A stretch of DNA of 64,000 nucleotides from Bacilli bacterium (GTDB lineage: Bacteria > Bacillota_I > Bacilli_A > RF39 > UBA660). Of the stretch, positions 18,768-27,649 are shown in pieces; the stretch's first letter is position 1; each line of letters begins with the position of its first letter. Under the pieces are notes generated by a model. The model saw only the letters and a list, made by a program, of their open reading frames with translations. It had not been told where the DNA came from and did no database searches. Location: assembly GCA_045545595.1 (NCBI GenBank), contig JAZQBG010000003.1, positions 155,462 through 219,461 on the forward strand. Direction: 5' to 3'. Made by a program: the position numbers and the translations under genes.

Positions 18768-19088
18768 TTATAAACCAAATAAATTCTTAGATAACGCAAT
18801 TCCGACAACCATTCCTCCAGCCATGATTGTCATTAATGCCCTTGATTTTCCTTCTGCATCTTCTCTTTGAAAAGATAATGCAAACATTACTCCACCAACT
18901 AACATTACAACACCACCAATTTTAATTAACCAATCACAAACAAAATCAATGAATGTATCAATGCTACTTGTATTACTATTTAAAGCATATACTCTTGTTG
19001 TGCTTAATATAAAACTACATAAAACAATATATAAGACATTTACAACTTTTTTAAAACTACATTTCACACCTGAAATAAGTTTCTTCAT
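18768..19088 (-). CDS. small membrane protein (possible pilin-like/VirB2-like T4SS component)
   Basis: Signal-like N-terminus plus hydrophobic C-terminal helix IGGVVMLVGGVMFALSF; position between coupling protein and VirB6-like gene. Confidence 0.4.
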   Translation of the reverse strand: MKKLISGVKCSFKKVVNVLYIVLCSFILSTTRVYALNSNTSSIDTFIDFVCDWLIKIGGVVMLVGGVMFALSFQREDAEGKSRALMTIMAGGMVVGIALSKNLFGL

Positions 19089-19112
19089 CTTATTCTCCTT
19101 TTCTATTAAATT

Positions 19113-21083
19113 TTATAAACTGTCTAATAATTCATCAGTTATAGTTTTATTTGATAATAAAATATCACTATCCATTTTATTTAATTCAAATTCTGTAATA
19201 GGACGCATTTCTAATTTTTGTACTTTAGCAAAAGGAAGACCTAATTCATTTAACATCGTTTGATATTTATTCATTTCCTTTGTCATTTCCCTTTGTTGTT
19301 TATGATTATAATAATTATGTGCTGTTCTTTCTTTATCCCAAGGTTCAAATAATTCACTATATCTAGGATGGTTTTTAATATTATAAACTTTTGATGTAAA
19401 AGGACGAAGCCCAGAAACTAATAAAATACAATATCCTTCTTTCATTCTTGCAATCTCATCTACCGTTGATAATTCTCTACCTACTATATCCCAATTTGTA
19501 GATGATGAACCTTGTTTAGAAAAAGTTCTACCTGAACTCTTTTTATACCAAGTTTTCTTTCCCATAAGTAAAGAGATGTATTCTAAAGTCTCTTTACTTC
19601 GTGATCCAAGAAATAAAGTATAATCGCAACAATCTAATCCTGTTTCCCAATTATCTTTATATACTTTTTTATATTGAGATAAACTCTGTAATCCTATTGT
19701 TACACCACAATTTAATCCTCTAATATAAGCAAGCATTTCTAAAAAGCGTGGTATTGTTCCAAGCTGACTCCATTCATCCATATAAATTTGACAACCTGAT
19801 GGTAATGAACCATTATGCTGACTTGCATTATAATCTATTATTGTAAATATTTGAGAATATAAGATATTTGCAAGAAAGTTAAAAGTAGAATTATTTGGAC
19901 TTGTTATTATAAAACAAGCGATTTTTCCTTTATCACCTGTTTCCCCAATTCTACTCAATTCTAATGTATCAGTAGTAGTCATATTTTCAAGTTCTGCTAT
20001 ATTAAAAGGTGCAAGTCTAGCTGAAGCAGTCATAATAATTGTTGACATCATTTTTGGAGACGATGCGGACACTTTAAAATGATTCCATTGTTTTATACCA
20101 ACATTATCCGGATCTTTTCTTTCCCATGCATCAAATAATCTTCCAAGTTGCGAATTACCTTCTTTATCTGGTTCTGCAAGTCTAATAAGTTCAAGAATAG
20201 TTTTAAAATTCTTATCCTTGTCTTCATAATTAAAAATAACATAATACATAATAGCTTGTAGGAAGACCATCTCTGCTTTTTCCCAAAATGGATCACCTGT
20301 ATTGCTTTCAATGGTATCAGATTTAGTATTTTGCATTAATACATTTATAAGTGTCATAACATCATCTTCTTGTATTCTTTCTTTTTGAATTTCTTCGGAT
20401 ATTGAAAGCCCATTATTCAAATCAATTTCTTTATATTCTTGTTTAATTCTTCTAATATACATCAATGGATTGAAATTATCAGATTGACTTTTATCTACTA
20501 AATTTAAAACTTTTATATCATATCCATTGTTTACTAAGGACATTCCGCAATCCCTTAATAGTTCTCCTTTTGGATCAGTTACAATAAGTGATTCTCCATT
20601 TGCACTTAATATATTAGGTTTAAAATAACTTCTACTTTTCCCAGTCCCAGGTCTTCCAATCAAAGTTACATTTCTATTTCTTTTTGATATTCTCATATTT
20701 TTAGAAAATAATTCTGTTGATGTAAATATTTGATTATTTTCAAAAACTGGATCTCTAAACTTTTTTATAGCATCAGGAGTTTCCCAATCAGAAGAACCAT
20801 AAGTATTTTCTTGAATATTCTTTTTTATAGATAATTGATAATTAAAAATAATTACAAAAGTCATAAAACCAACAAAGATAGATATACCTATTGTTTGACT
20901 ATTTATTATTAATGGTGTATTAAATTTATAGATTGTATTTAACGCCTCATTCAAATAATCTATTTTAAAATCACCACCATTTTGTTCTACTAAAGTACAT
21001 ACTCTTAATGTGAAATAAGAGGCGATTAAAACTATTAAAAAAATAAGAACATAATTTATTTTATGTTCTCGTTTAACGATCAA
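19113..21083 (-). CDS. type IV coupling protein (VirD4/TraG family)
   Basis: Two N-terminal TM helices. Walker A IGRPGTGKS. Conserved TDPKGEL motif. ~650 aa. Confidence 0.85.
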   Translation of the reverse strand: MIVKREHKINYVLIFLIVLIASYFTLRVCTLVEQNGGDFKIDYLNEALNTIYKFNTPLIINSQTIGISIFVGFMTFVIIFNYQLSIKKNIQENTYGSSDWETPDAIKKFRDPVFENNQIFTSTELFSKNMRISKRNRNVTLIGRPGTGKSRSYFKPNILSANGESLIVTDPKGELLRDCGMSLVNNGYDIKVLNLVDKSQSDNFNPLMYIRRIKQEYKEIDLNNGLSISEEIQKERIQEDDVMTLINVLMQNTKSDTIESNTGDPFWEKAEMVFLQAIMYYVIFNYEDKDKNFKTILELIRLAEPDKEGNSQLGRLFDAWERKDPDNVGIKQWNHFKVSASSPKMMSTIIMTASARLAPFNIAELENMTTTDTLELSRIGETGDKGKIACFIITSPNNSTFNFLANILYSQIFTIIDYNASQHNGSLPSGCQIYMDEWSQLGTIPRFLEMLAYIRGLNCGVTIGLQSLSQYKKVYKDNWETGLDCCDYTLFLGSRSKETLEYISLLMGKKTWYKKSSGRTFSKQGSSSTNWDIVGRELSTVDEIARMKEGYCILLVSGLRPFTSKVYNIKNHPRYSELFEPWDKERTAHNYYNHKQQREMTKEMNKYQTMLNELGLPFAKVQKLEMRPITEFELNKMDSDILLSNKTITDELLDSL

Positions 21084-22281
21084 TTAGTTGTTCCTCTTCT
21101 AATTCTATTGAAGGAGCAATATCTAAAGTATTCTCCTTTTCTTCAGCAAATTCATTAGCCTCTCTTAACAAATCTGCTGTTGAAGACTTTTTTTTAACTT
21201 CTTCCGCCATTTCTTTAGTATCTTTTTCTCTTACATAAGCATTTATAGTTCCATCAGAATTATGGATAGCAACAAAATCTTTACCCTTATATGTGTTTTT
21301 AAATGCACCAAAGTCATTATCATTATTTAACTTAACACTAATTATATTATTGCTATTACTTTCTGCTTCTATTTCTTTAGCTCCACTTGCACCATATTCT
21401 TTTATAGGTTTATCAAGAGGAGCAAATTTTTTATATTCTTCTAAATCATCCGAATTAATTGCAACAATTACCTCACCATTAGGCATTACTTTAGCACCAT
21501 GTGATTTTAATTCAAATAATTGTTCTCTTATTTCACAATACTCTGATTTAGATATTTTTTGATGACAGAAGTTTTTAGTATAATCTCTAACAAAACAAGA
21601 ACCATAGTCTGTTCCTATTTCTAATTGTTCTGGAGATATATTTATATCTCTTGAAACAATCTTACTATCTTTATCTATTAAGCCATTATCATTTATTTCA
21701 TCAAGATCTTCAGATATAGTTCTTTGTGTTCTCTTCTTTTCTAATATTTCTAATTGTTCATTAAAAAAAGCAAGATGACTTTTATTACACAAAATAATAT
21801 ATCTTTCATCAGGATACTTTAAATTGTCTTCTTTAGAACGTTCTCTAAATTTATCAGCTCTCTTTTGACTAAACTTTCCCAAAATAGGAACATTTTTTAA
21901 AACCTTTCTTCTTTCATTCCATCTTTCAAATTTTATTTCATTCTTTGCTAGTTTTTCCTGTTTATACAAAGATTGATTTTTTCCTTCATCTCCATCTGGT
22001 TGCATCTTTTTTACACCAACTAATATTCCATTTTCTCTTGCGTTTGTAATTAACTCTTTTGCTTCTGCCCTAGTTAATGGTGATGATACAGCAAGTTCTT
22101 TTGTAGCACCATCTTTCTTTAATGCTTTTAAAGATGAAGAAAAGTGTTTTTGATAATACTTTCTAGCTTTAGATGTTGCTTTTGCCATTAGTCTTGCTAA
22201 TATTCCTGTGCTTTTAGTTGATGCTCGTACTGCTCTTTCTGATGCGTGTTCTAAATCACTTTTTGCATTTCCATCAGTCAT
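21073..22281 (-). CDS. hypothetical protein (possible relaxosome accessory protein)
   Basis: ORF between primase and coupling protein. No HUH/relaxase motif seen. Confidence 0.45.
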   Translation of the reverse strand: MTDGNAKSDLEHASERAVRASTKSTGILARLMAKATSKARKYYQKHFSSSLKALKKDGATKELAVSSPLTRAEAKELITNARENGILVGVKKMQPDGDEGKNQSLYKQEKLAKNEIKFERWNERRKVLKNVPILGKFSQKRADKFRERSKEDNLKYPDERYIILCNKSHLAFFNEQLEILEKKRTQRTISEDLDEINDNGLIDKDSKIVSRDINISPEQLEIGTDYGSCFVRDYTKNFCHQKISKSEYCEIREQLFELKSHGAKVMPNGEVIVAINSDDLEEYKKFAPLDKPIKEYGASGAKEIEAESNSNNIISVKLNNDNDFGAFKNTYKGKDFVAIHNSDGTINAYVREKDTKEMAEEVKKKSSTADLLREANEFAEEKENTLDIAPSIELEEEQLIDR

Positions 22282-22285
22282 TAAA

Positions 22286-25200
22286 TTATGCTACCTCCTT
22301 CTCTAAATACTTATCTTTTACTTCTGTTAATTCTTTTCCTTGAAAAAAAGTAGTTAAAAAAGCAACAACTTCATCAGAAGTTTTAAACATTCCATTTTGA
22401 ACAAGTTCATTTCTATATGGAGCAACATTTCTTCCTTCTGGTTTATACAAATATACATCATTTAATTTAACATGAACTACTGTTTCAAAACATTCATAAT
22501 CAGGTTCTATCGTTGCTGTTTTAAATTCTAATCTATCTAATCCTGATTTGTAAGTTACATCTCTAAAGGATTTGATTAACTTATTAAAATCAACTTTATC
22601 ATTTTTAGTAAACGAAATAATTTTACTTTCTTTTTTTGATAAACCCTTTCTTATATCATTAATACCATAATTACCAATATAATTTCCCTCTTTTGTATAA
22701 AAACTTAATTGTTCATTTTTAGATAATTCTAAAATAATATTTTCTTTATCATCTTTACACTTTATTAAATTAATTGAAATATAACCCATAATATTATCTA
22801 TATTTATTGGTATTTTAATAAAGTTACTACAATATTCACAATTAGTTTTAGGTACTTTTATAGTTTCTTTATCACCCTTTTTATATGAAGCAGGATAAAA
22901 TACACTTAAATATTCTGTTATTTCATTAAATGCTAATCTTTTTTCATAAGTCTTTTCTTCCCCATCAAACTTATATTTTGATATTCCTGTTCCTGTTAAA
23001 AAGTTTTTTTTAGGATGAACAATTAGATAACTATTATCTTGATTCCATTTACATATTTTTTTCATAATAAAAAGTAAAATATTCTTATCATTTGTTTTTA
23101 CATAATAACCGTTATCTGTTTCTTTAAAAATTCTACTTTTAAAAACTTTACATACAGGTTCTTTTTGTGGAATAAAAGGTTGAACTTCTTTTATTGTTTC
23201 ATCGGCTGGTATTTCTTCTTTCTTTTCTTCCTTTGAATTTTCACTTTCAAAAACATTGTTTTTTTTACTTGTTTTATCCTCCCAATAATGTTTTAATTCT
23301 TCAGCACTTTTCTCATATTTAAAATTACCATGCTTATTATATACTTTATATTTATTACCACTTTTTAATTTAGTAAAGATTATTTCACCAGACCAATTAC
23401 ATTCATTTTTAGGTATATAAAAATAATCTTTTGCACTTGTATTAGGTATTCTCACAAAATAATGAGTATTAGTTTCAAAAGATGGATTTAAAAGTGTTTG
23501 ATTTATAGAAAATACATAATCTTTATTTACATCTTGTTCTTTATGAATTTCTTTTTTTAAACTCTTCTGCTCTAATCCATTTTCTTTTATTAATTGTTCT
23601 TTTTCTAATTTCATTTTACCATCTAAATTATTAAAGAAAAGTATTGTTTTGTAATTGCCAGTTTTACCTTTAAATTCATTACTAATAAACTCTTTATTAA
23701 TATTTAAAAATAAACATCCATATTTAAAAAAATCCATATTATCTGGATTTAAGAATAATCTATCTTGAATGTTTTCTTTAAATAACTTCATAATATCATT
23801 ATCATAAACAAGGATACCATCTAAATCTTTTGTATCATTAATAATATACAATTCCTCAACTTCTTCTAAAGCAAGTTTATCTTTATCACTAAGTCCTTTT
23901 TCATATTGTTTTATAACTTGTTGTTTTTGTTCAAAAGTAAGATTTACTCTTGCACTACCATTTATATTTTTTATATAAGTTTTATCAAATAAATCTTCAT
24001 ATTTAAAACGATGTAAGGTTTCATAATTTGAATATTCATTGTCATTATTTAATACATCGTATATTAATAAAGCAGTATTTAATTTCATAGCATTTTTAGA
24101 TAAATATTTAGTAGATTCTAAATGAAATAATCTTAATGCTTCATTATTAATTTGTTCTTTTTTTAATTCGTAATATCCTGATAATACTTTATCATTTCTT
24201 TTATCTAAAAATTCTGCTAATTCATTTTTAATACGATCATCCATAACAATTGATTGAAAATTACTAATTGGATTAACCTTTGTAGAAATATTTTTAGGAT
24301 AGATTATTTCATCTAATTCTTCTTTAGTAAAATCAGTCTTTTTTAATAAATATTCTTTATATAAAGATTCATCCAATGTTGATGTTATAAACTCATCTTT
24401 CTTTGACTTCTCAAAAATATCATGAATATTTAAAACAGATAATTCTTTATCCGTAAAGTAATAATAATCCATCATAAATTCAAAAGCAGACATTCTAGCT
24501 TTTACAATTTCTTGTTTAGGAATATTATCATTACCTATATCACCAAAATCTTTATAGTTACCTAATTTTGAAATATCAAGAACATCAACTTTAAATCCTT
24601 GCTTCAATAGATTTGGAATTTGTTCAATCATCTTTTTTCTACCTATATTTTCTTTATCATTTTTAAAGTCATTATCTAACGCTAATACTAATGCTGAATT
24701 ATTTTTCTTTAATAAATTTATATGCTCTTCAGTTATTGCTGTACCCATTAAAGCAATTACATTATTAAATCCTAATTGTTTTGCTGAAATAACATCCATA
24801 TAACCTTCAACTATATATAATTCATCATTGTAAGAATATTTTTTTGCATCATGATAATTATATAATAATTCTTTTTTATGAAATATAGGTGTTTCTTTTG
24901 TATGAAGATATTTTGGTTCTTCATCTTTTATTGTTCTTCCTGCAAAAGTAATAACATTACCTTTTTCATCACAAATCGGAAACATTATCCTATCAACAAA
25001 AGTTTCATAATATCCTTTATCACCTAATTGAATTAATCCCAAATCAGTTAATTGATGTGGTTTTATTTTTGCATTTGGATCATTATTTTCTGATATTCTT
25101 ATTATTTGACCTTTGGGAGCAAATCCTATATTCATTTCTTTTATTATTTCATCCGTTAATCCTCTATCTTTTAAATACTTTAAAGGTGCATCTCTAACAG

Positions 25201-25636
25201 CAGTTAAATTATAATTAAATAGTTTTGCCATATAATTATTTACTTCTATTAAAGATTGTTCATCTTTATTATATTTTCTTGTTGTTGTAGTATATTGATA
25301 ATTTATTTGATTCTTTTTTAATTTTGATAAATCAATTTTTAAATTACATATTTCAGCAATTTTAATTAAAGCATCATTTGATGAAATATGATTATGATTA
25401 ATTTCAGTTTCATACTTTTTTACAAAAGTTAAGACATTACCTCCAGCACCACAAGGAAAACAATGAAATAAATTCTTTTTATCATCCACTTTCATACTGG
25501 GAGAATGATCTGCATGAAAAGGACAAATCGCATTTCCTTTACTTACATTTATTCCATAGTAATTCATTACATCTACAATATTGACATTATTTAGAACCTC
25601 TTTATATATATCTGATATAATTATCCCTCCAATCAT
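22286..25636 (-). CDS. conjugative DNA primase: CHC2 zinc finger + TOPRIM domain with ~780-aa uncharacterised C-terminal extension
   Basis: N-terminal GNAICPFHADHSPSMKV...LFHCFPCGAGGNVLTFV (DnaG-type zinc finger). LYIVEGYMDVISAKQLGFNNVIALMGTA ... LVLALDNDFKNDKENIG (TOPRIM E...DxD). Confidence 0.85.
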   Translation of the reverse strand: MIGGIIISDIYKEVLNNVNIVDVMNYYGINVSKGNAICPFHADHSPSMKVDDKKNLFHCFPCGAGGNVLTFVKKYETEINHNHISSNDALIKIAEICNLKIDLSKLKKNQINYQYTTTTRKYNKDEQSLIEVNNYMAKLFNYNLTAVRDAPLKYLKDRGLTDEIIKEMNIGFAPKGQIIRISENNDPNAKIKPHQLTDLGLIQLGDKGYYETFVDRIMFPICDEKGNVITFAGRTIKDEEPKYLHTKETPIFHKKELLYNYHDAKKYSYNDELYIVEGYMDVISAKQLGFNNVIALMGTAITEEHINLLKKNNSALVLALDNDFKNDKENIGRKKMIEQIPNLLKQGFKVDVLDISKLGNYKDFGDIGNDNIPKQEIVKARMSAFEFMMDYYYFTDKELSVLNIHDIFEKSKKDEFITSTLDESLYKEYLLKKTDFTKEELDEIIYPKNISTKVNPISNFQSIVMDDRIKNELAEFLDKRNDKVLSGYYELKKEQINNEALRLFHLESTKYLSKNAMKLNTALLIYDVLNNDNEYSNYETLHRFKYEDLFDKTYIKNINGSARVNLTFEQKQQVIKQYEKGLSDKDKLALEEVEELYIINDTKDLDGILVYDNDIMKLFKENIQDRLFLNPDNMDFFKYGCLFLNINKEFISNEFKGKTGNYKTILFFNNLDGKMKLEKEQLIKENGLEQKSLKKEIHKEQDVNKDYVFSINQTLLNPSFETNTHYFVRIPNTSAKDYFYIPKNECNWSGEIIFTKLKSGNKYKVYNKHGNFKYEKSAEELKHYWEDKTSKKNNVFESENSKEEKKEEIPADETIKEVQPFIPQKEPVCKVFKSRIFKETDNGYYVKTNDKNILLFIMKKICKWNQDNSYLIVHPKKNFLTGTGISKYKFDGEEKTYEKRLAFNEITEYLSVFYPASYKKGDKETIKVPKTNCEYCSNFIKIPINIDNIMGYISINLIKCKDDKENIILELSKNEQLSFYTKEGNYIGNYGINDIRKGLSKKESKIISFTKNDKVDFNKLIKSFRDVTYKSGLDRLEFKTATIEPDYECFETVVHVKLNDVYLYKPEGRNVAPYRNELVQNGMFKTSDEVVAFLTTFFQGKELTEVKDKYLEKEVA

Positions 25637-25664
25637 CTGTCAAGTTCTAAATCTAAATTTTATA

Positions 25665-26072
25665 TTATTCGTTTATTTTATCAATTTCTTTAGCTGTTTC
25701 TTTTGGAAGATAAAGTGCTAACTTATACAATTTCCAACTAATTATTTCTGATTTTTCTAGTATAGATTTGTAAGTAGGATATTTTTTATTTCCTTTCTCT
25801 TTTATTAATTTTTCAATATATAGTTCTATATCATAATCTTTACAATATTTTATTAATGCAATCAATGTATTTAAAACTACATCTGCCAATTCTAATTCAA
25901 AGCAAAATTTACTTTTATATCCTATATCTATACTCAATAACCATAATTTATCTTCTAATTCTTCAACTTGCCATCCACAATTCAAAATAATTGTCTTTAA
26001 ATTTTCATTTGTTAAATTTTGATGCGTTTTCACGATATTCTTCCTCCCTTGAACATCTTCCTGAAACCACAC
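25665..26072 (-). CDS. hypothetical protein; annotated start is GTG without RBS, better start GTG at 26033 preceded by GGGAGGAAG
   Basis: No internal Met in the frame. GGGAGGAAGAATATC-GTG gives a good RBS/spacing 13 codons downstream of the track start. Confidence 0.4.
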   Translation of the reverse strand: MWFQEDVQGRKNIVKTHQNLTNENLKTIILNCGWQVEELEDKLWLLSIDIGYKSKFCFELELADVVLNTLIALIKYCKDYDIELYIEKLIKEKGNKKYPTYKSILEKSEIISWKLYKLALYLPKETAKEIDKINE

Positions 26073-26145
26073 AACATGAGTAAAAAAACACCAACAACAA
26101 AATAAGGAAGATAATCCCTATAATTAATAAAATTGTCTTAAACAT
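26005..26145 (-). CDS. unannotated 46-aa small membrane protein (MFKTILLIIGIIFLILLLVFFYSCCVVSGRCSREEEYRENASKFNK)
   Basis: ATG at 26145 preceded by AAGAGGAGG with 6-nt spacer. Single hydrophobic helix followed by a Cys-rich stretch. Below the track length cutoff. Overlaps the start of the next gene in another frame. Confidence 0.35.
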   Translation of the reverse strand: MFKTILLIIGIIFLILLLVFFYSCCVVSGRCSREEEYRENASKFNK

Positions 26146-26157
26146 ATTTTCCTCCTC

Positions 26158-26340
26158 TTAAAACCTATCATCTACTATATCTTTTTCATGATTAGTAGTT
26201 GTTTTTTCTTTTTCTAATTCTCTAAACCACAACTTCATTTTTTCACCAGTATCTTTGTTATATGCTAACCAATAAATATCTGCTTCAACATTAGGAATTA
26301 CTTTACCCTGAATTATTAAATTAAAATTACGATTTTTCAT
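26158..26340 (-). CDS. hypothetical small protein; possibly the distal part of a frameshifted ~97-aa gene starting near 26447
   Basis: ORF in track. An in-phase-shifted upstream ORF (MKKIEIYNYETNETFAVIDTNK...) joins it if one base is added or removed in the A-run AATAAAAGGAAAAAC. Confidence 0.35.
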   Translation of the reverse strand: MKNRNFNLIIQGKVIPNVEADIYWLAYNKDTGEKMKLWFRELEKEKTTTNHEKDIVDDRF

Positions 26341-26444
26341 ATAATTTATTACTTCTTGTTGAAAAGTTTTTCCTTTTATTTGTATCTATTACAGCAAAAG
26401 TTTCATTTGTTTCATAGTTATATATTTCAATCTTTTTCATTTTA

Positions 26445-26831
26445 TTATCTATCCAATTCTAAATCTAAATCCTGTTCTTTTTCTAAACAAGGTTTTAAGA
26501 TTTCTTCTAATTTTTTACACAGTTCAGATTGATTTTTAAATCTAAATCGTTCATAACTTTTGCTATATTCATTACTTTTACAATCTAAATCTAATTGAGC
26601 TGTCGCTATTTCTAAATCCTTAAATGACTCTGTTATCCACATTCTTTTGTTAAGTATTTTACTTTCAATGATTATCCATAGAGGTTGATTTTTCTCTACA
26701 TAGTCCAGATTAGTTCGCATCCAATTAGAACGGTCATTAATACGATCTAAATCAGCATTAAATAATAATTTGTATATTTCTCTATATTTCTTATGATAAA
26801 TAGGATTTAATAGACTTTCTGTTCTTCTCAT
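26445..26831 (-). CDS. hypothetical protein
   Basis: ORF in track. Confidence 0.45.
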   Translation of the reverse strand: MRRTESLLNPIYHKKYREIYKLLFNADLDRINDRSNWMRTNLDYVEKNQPLWIIIESKILNKRMWITESFKDLEIATAQLDLDCKSNEYSKSYERFRFKNQSELCKKLEEILKPCLEKEQDLDLELDR

Positions 26832-26833
26832 AA

Positions 26834-27625
26834 CTATCTATCTCCAAGTTCAATTTCATCATTACTCTTTTCTTCTCTATTAAATTGTAAGAAATAATCT
26901 TTTTCATAATAGCAACCTGATTTATTGCTACATATAACTTCAATATTTGAAAGTTTATCTTTCGTTGCTAAATCTAAATCAGAAAAGTTTGCTTTTTTTA
27001 TTGTTCTATCTTTTAAAATTAATGTATCCCATTTGAAAACATCTTTTAATTTTTGAAAATTATATAAATCTTCTTTTTTGATAGAAGTACCTATATCAAA
27101 ATCTTTATAACTGCGAAATATTTTTACTTCAATATTATCAGAACCATGTTCTTTTCTAAATTCATCTATTTCTTTTTTTATTGATAATTTTATAAGTTCA
27201 TCATCAACATTACGATTAGTTGGTGGTAATTTTATTGTTTTTCTAAAATATGGATTTAAGATAACAGCCATAGTATTATCATTATAATAAAAATTTTTTC
27301 TATATTCTTTTTCTATTTCTTGTAGTTCTAACAAATCACTCATTAACAAATCTATATCGTAATCAATACTTATATGATTAGAAGTTAAAACTTTATCTTT
27401 GTATAGTTGTTTTACTGCTTTATAAAGTTTTATATCTGAATACTTTTCTTCTAATTCATATCTATCTTCCCCACCATTTCCATCTTGCGACCAAAAGCCT
27501 ATTTTTTCATCACCTAAATATAAATCACCTTGAGTCGCATAACCTTCACGCCCTAACCATGTTGTAGTATTTTTTATATTTAATCCGTTTATACTAGCCA
27601 AATAATCACTCTCCTTTAATAACAA
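26834..27625 (-). CDS. hypothetical protein (TTG start in track; internal AAGGAGAG + TTG is an alternative start)
   Basis: ORF in track; first gene downstream of the adhesin-operon terminator. Confidence 0.45.
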   Translation of the reverse strand: MLLKESDYLASINGLNIKNTTTWLGREGYATQGDLYLGDEKIGFWSQDGNGGEDRYELEEKYSDIKLYKAVKQLYKDKVLTSNHISIDYDIDLLMSDLLELQEIEKEYRKNFYYNDNTMAVILNPYFRKTIKLPPTNRNVDDELIKLSIKKEIDEFRKEHGSDNIEVKIFRSYKDFDIGTSIKKEDLYNFQKLKDVFKWDTLILKDRTIKKANFSDLDLATKDKLSNIEVICSNKSGCYYEKDYFLQFNREEKSNDEIELGDR

Positions 27626-27648
27626 TAAAAGAGGAACAAAAATGTTCC
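27620..27648 (-). terminator. intrinsic terminator after the adhesin operon
   Basis: GGAACA-aaaa-TGTTCC hairpin, then UCUUUUAUU on the minus strand, in the 24-nt gap after stop of 27650..31198. Confidence 0.5.
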
Positions 27649-27649
27649 C

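Noticed and set aside
21073-25636. Relaxase activity hidden in the 402-aa protein or the primase C-terminal extension
   Set aside because: No HUH (HxH / HxDxxxPHxH) or Rep_trans-like motifs and no plausible catalytic Tyr context could be identified by eye. This remains an open question, not a call.
446-27625. Recurrent acidic alternating C-terminal tails (EKEMEMM, EKEMELDEHEI, LDIEMERDY, EFEIEMEVN, DIDLEIEK, ELEMIELDY, DLDLELDR, EIELGDR) across many element proteins, considered as a shared secretion/targeting signal
   Set aside because: In several cases the tail codons are the purine-rich RBS (GGAG/GAGG) of the tightly coupled or overlapping downstream gene read in-frame. Examples are GAA ATG GAG ATG ATG tga ATG and GGA GAT AGA tag tt ATG. 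AT-rich codon usage favours D/E/K/I/M anyway. Only the DITDDM[YF] pair, which is not RBS-constrained, was kept as a finding.
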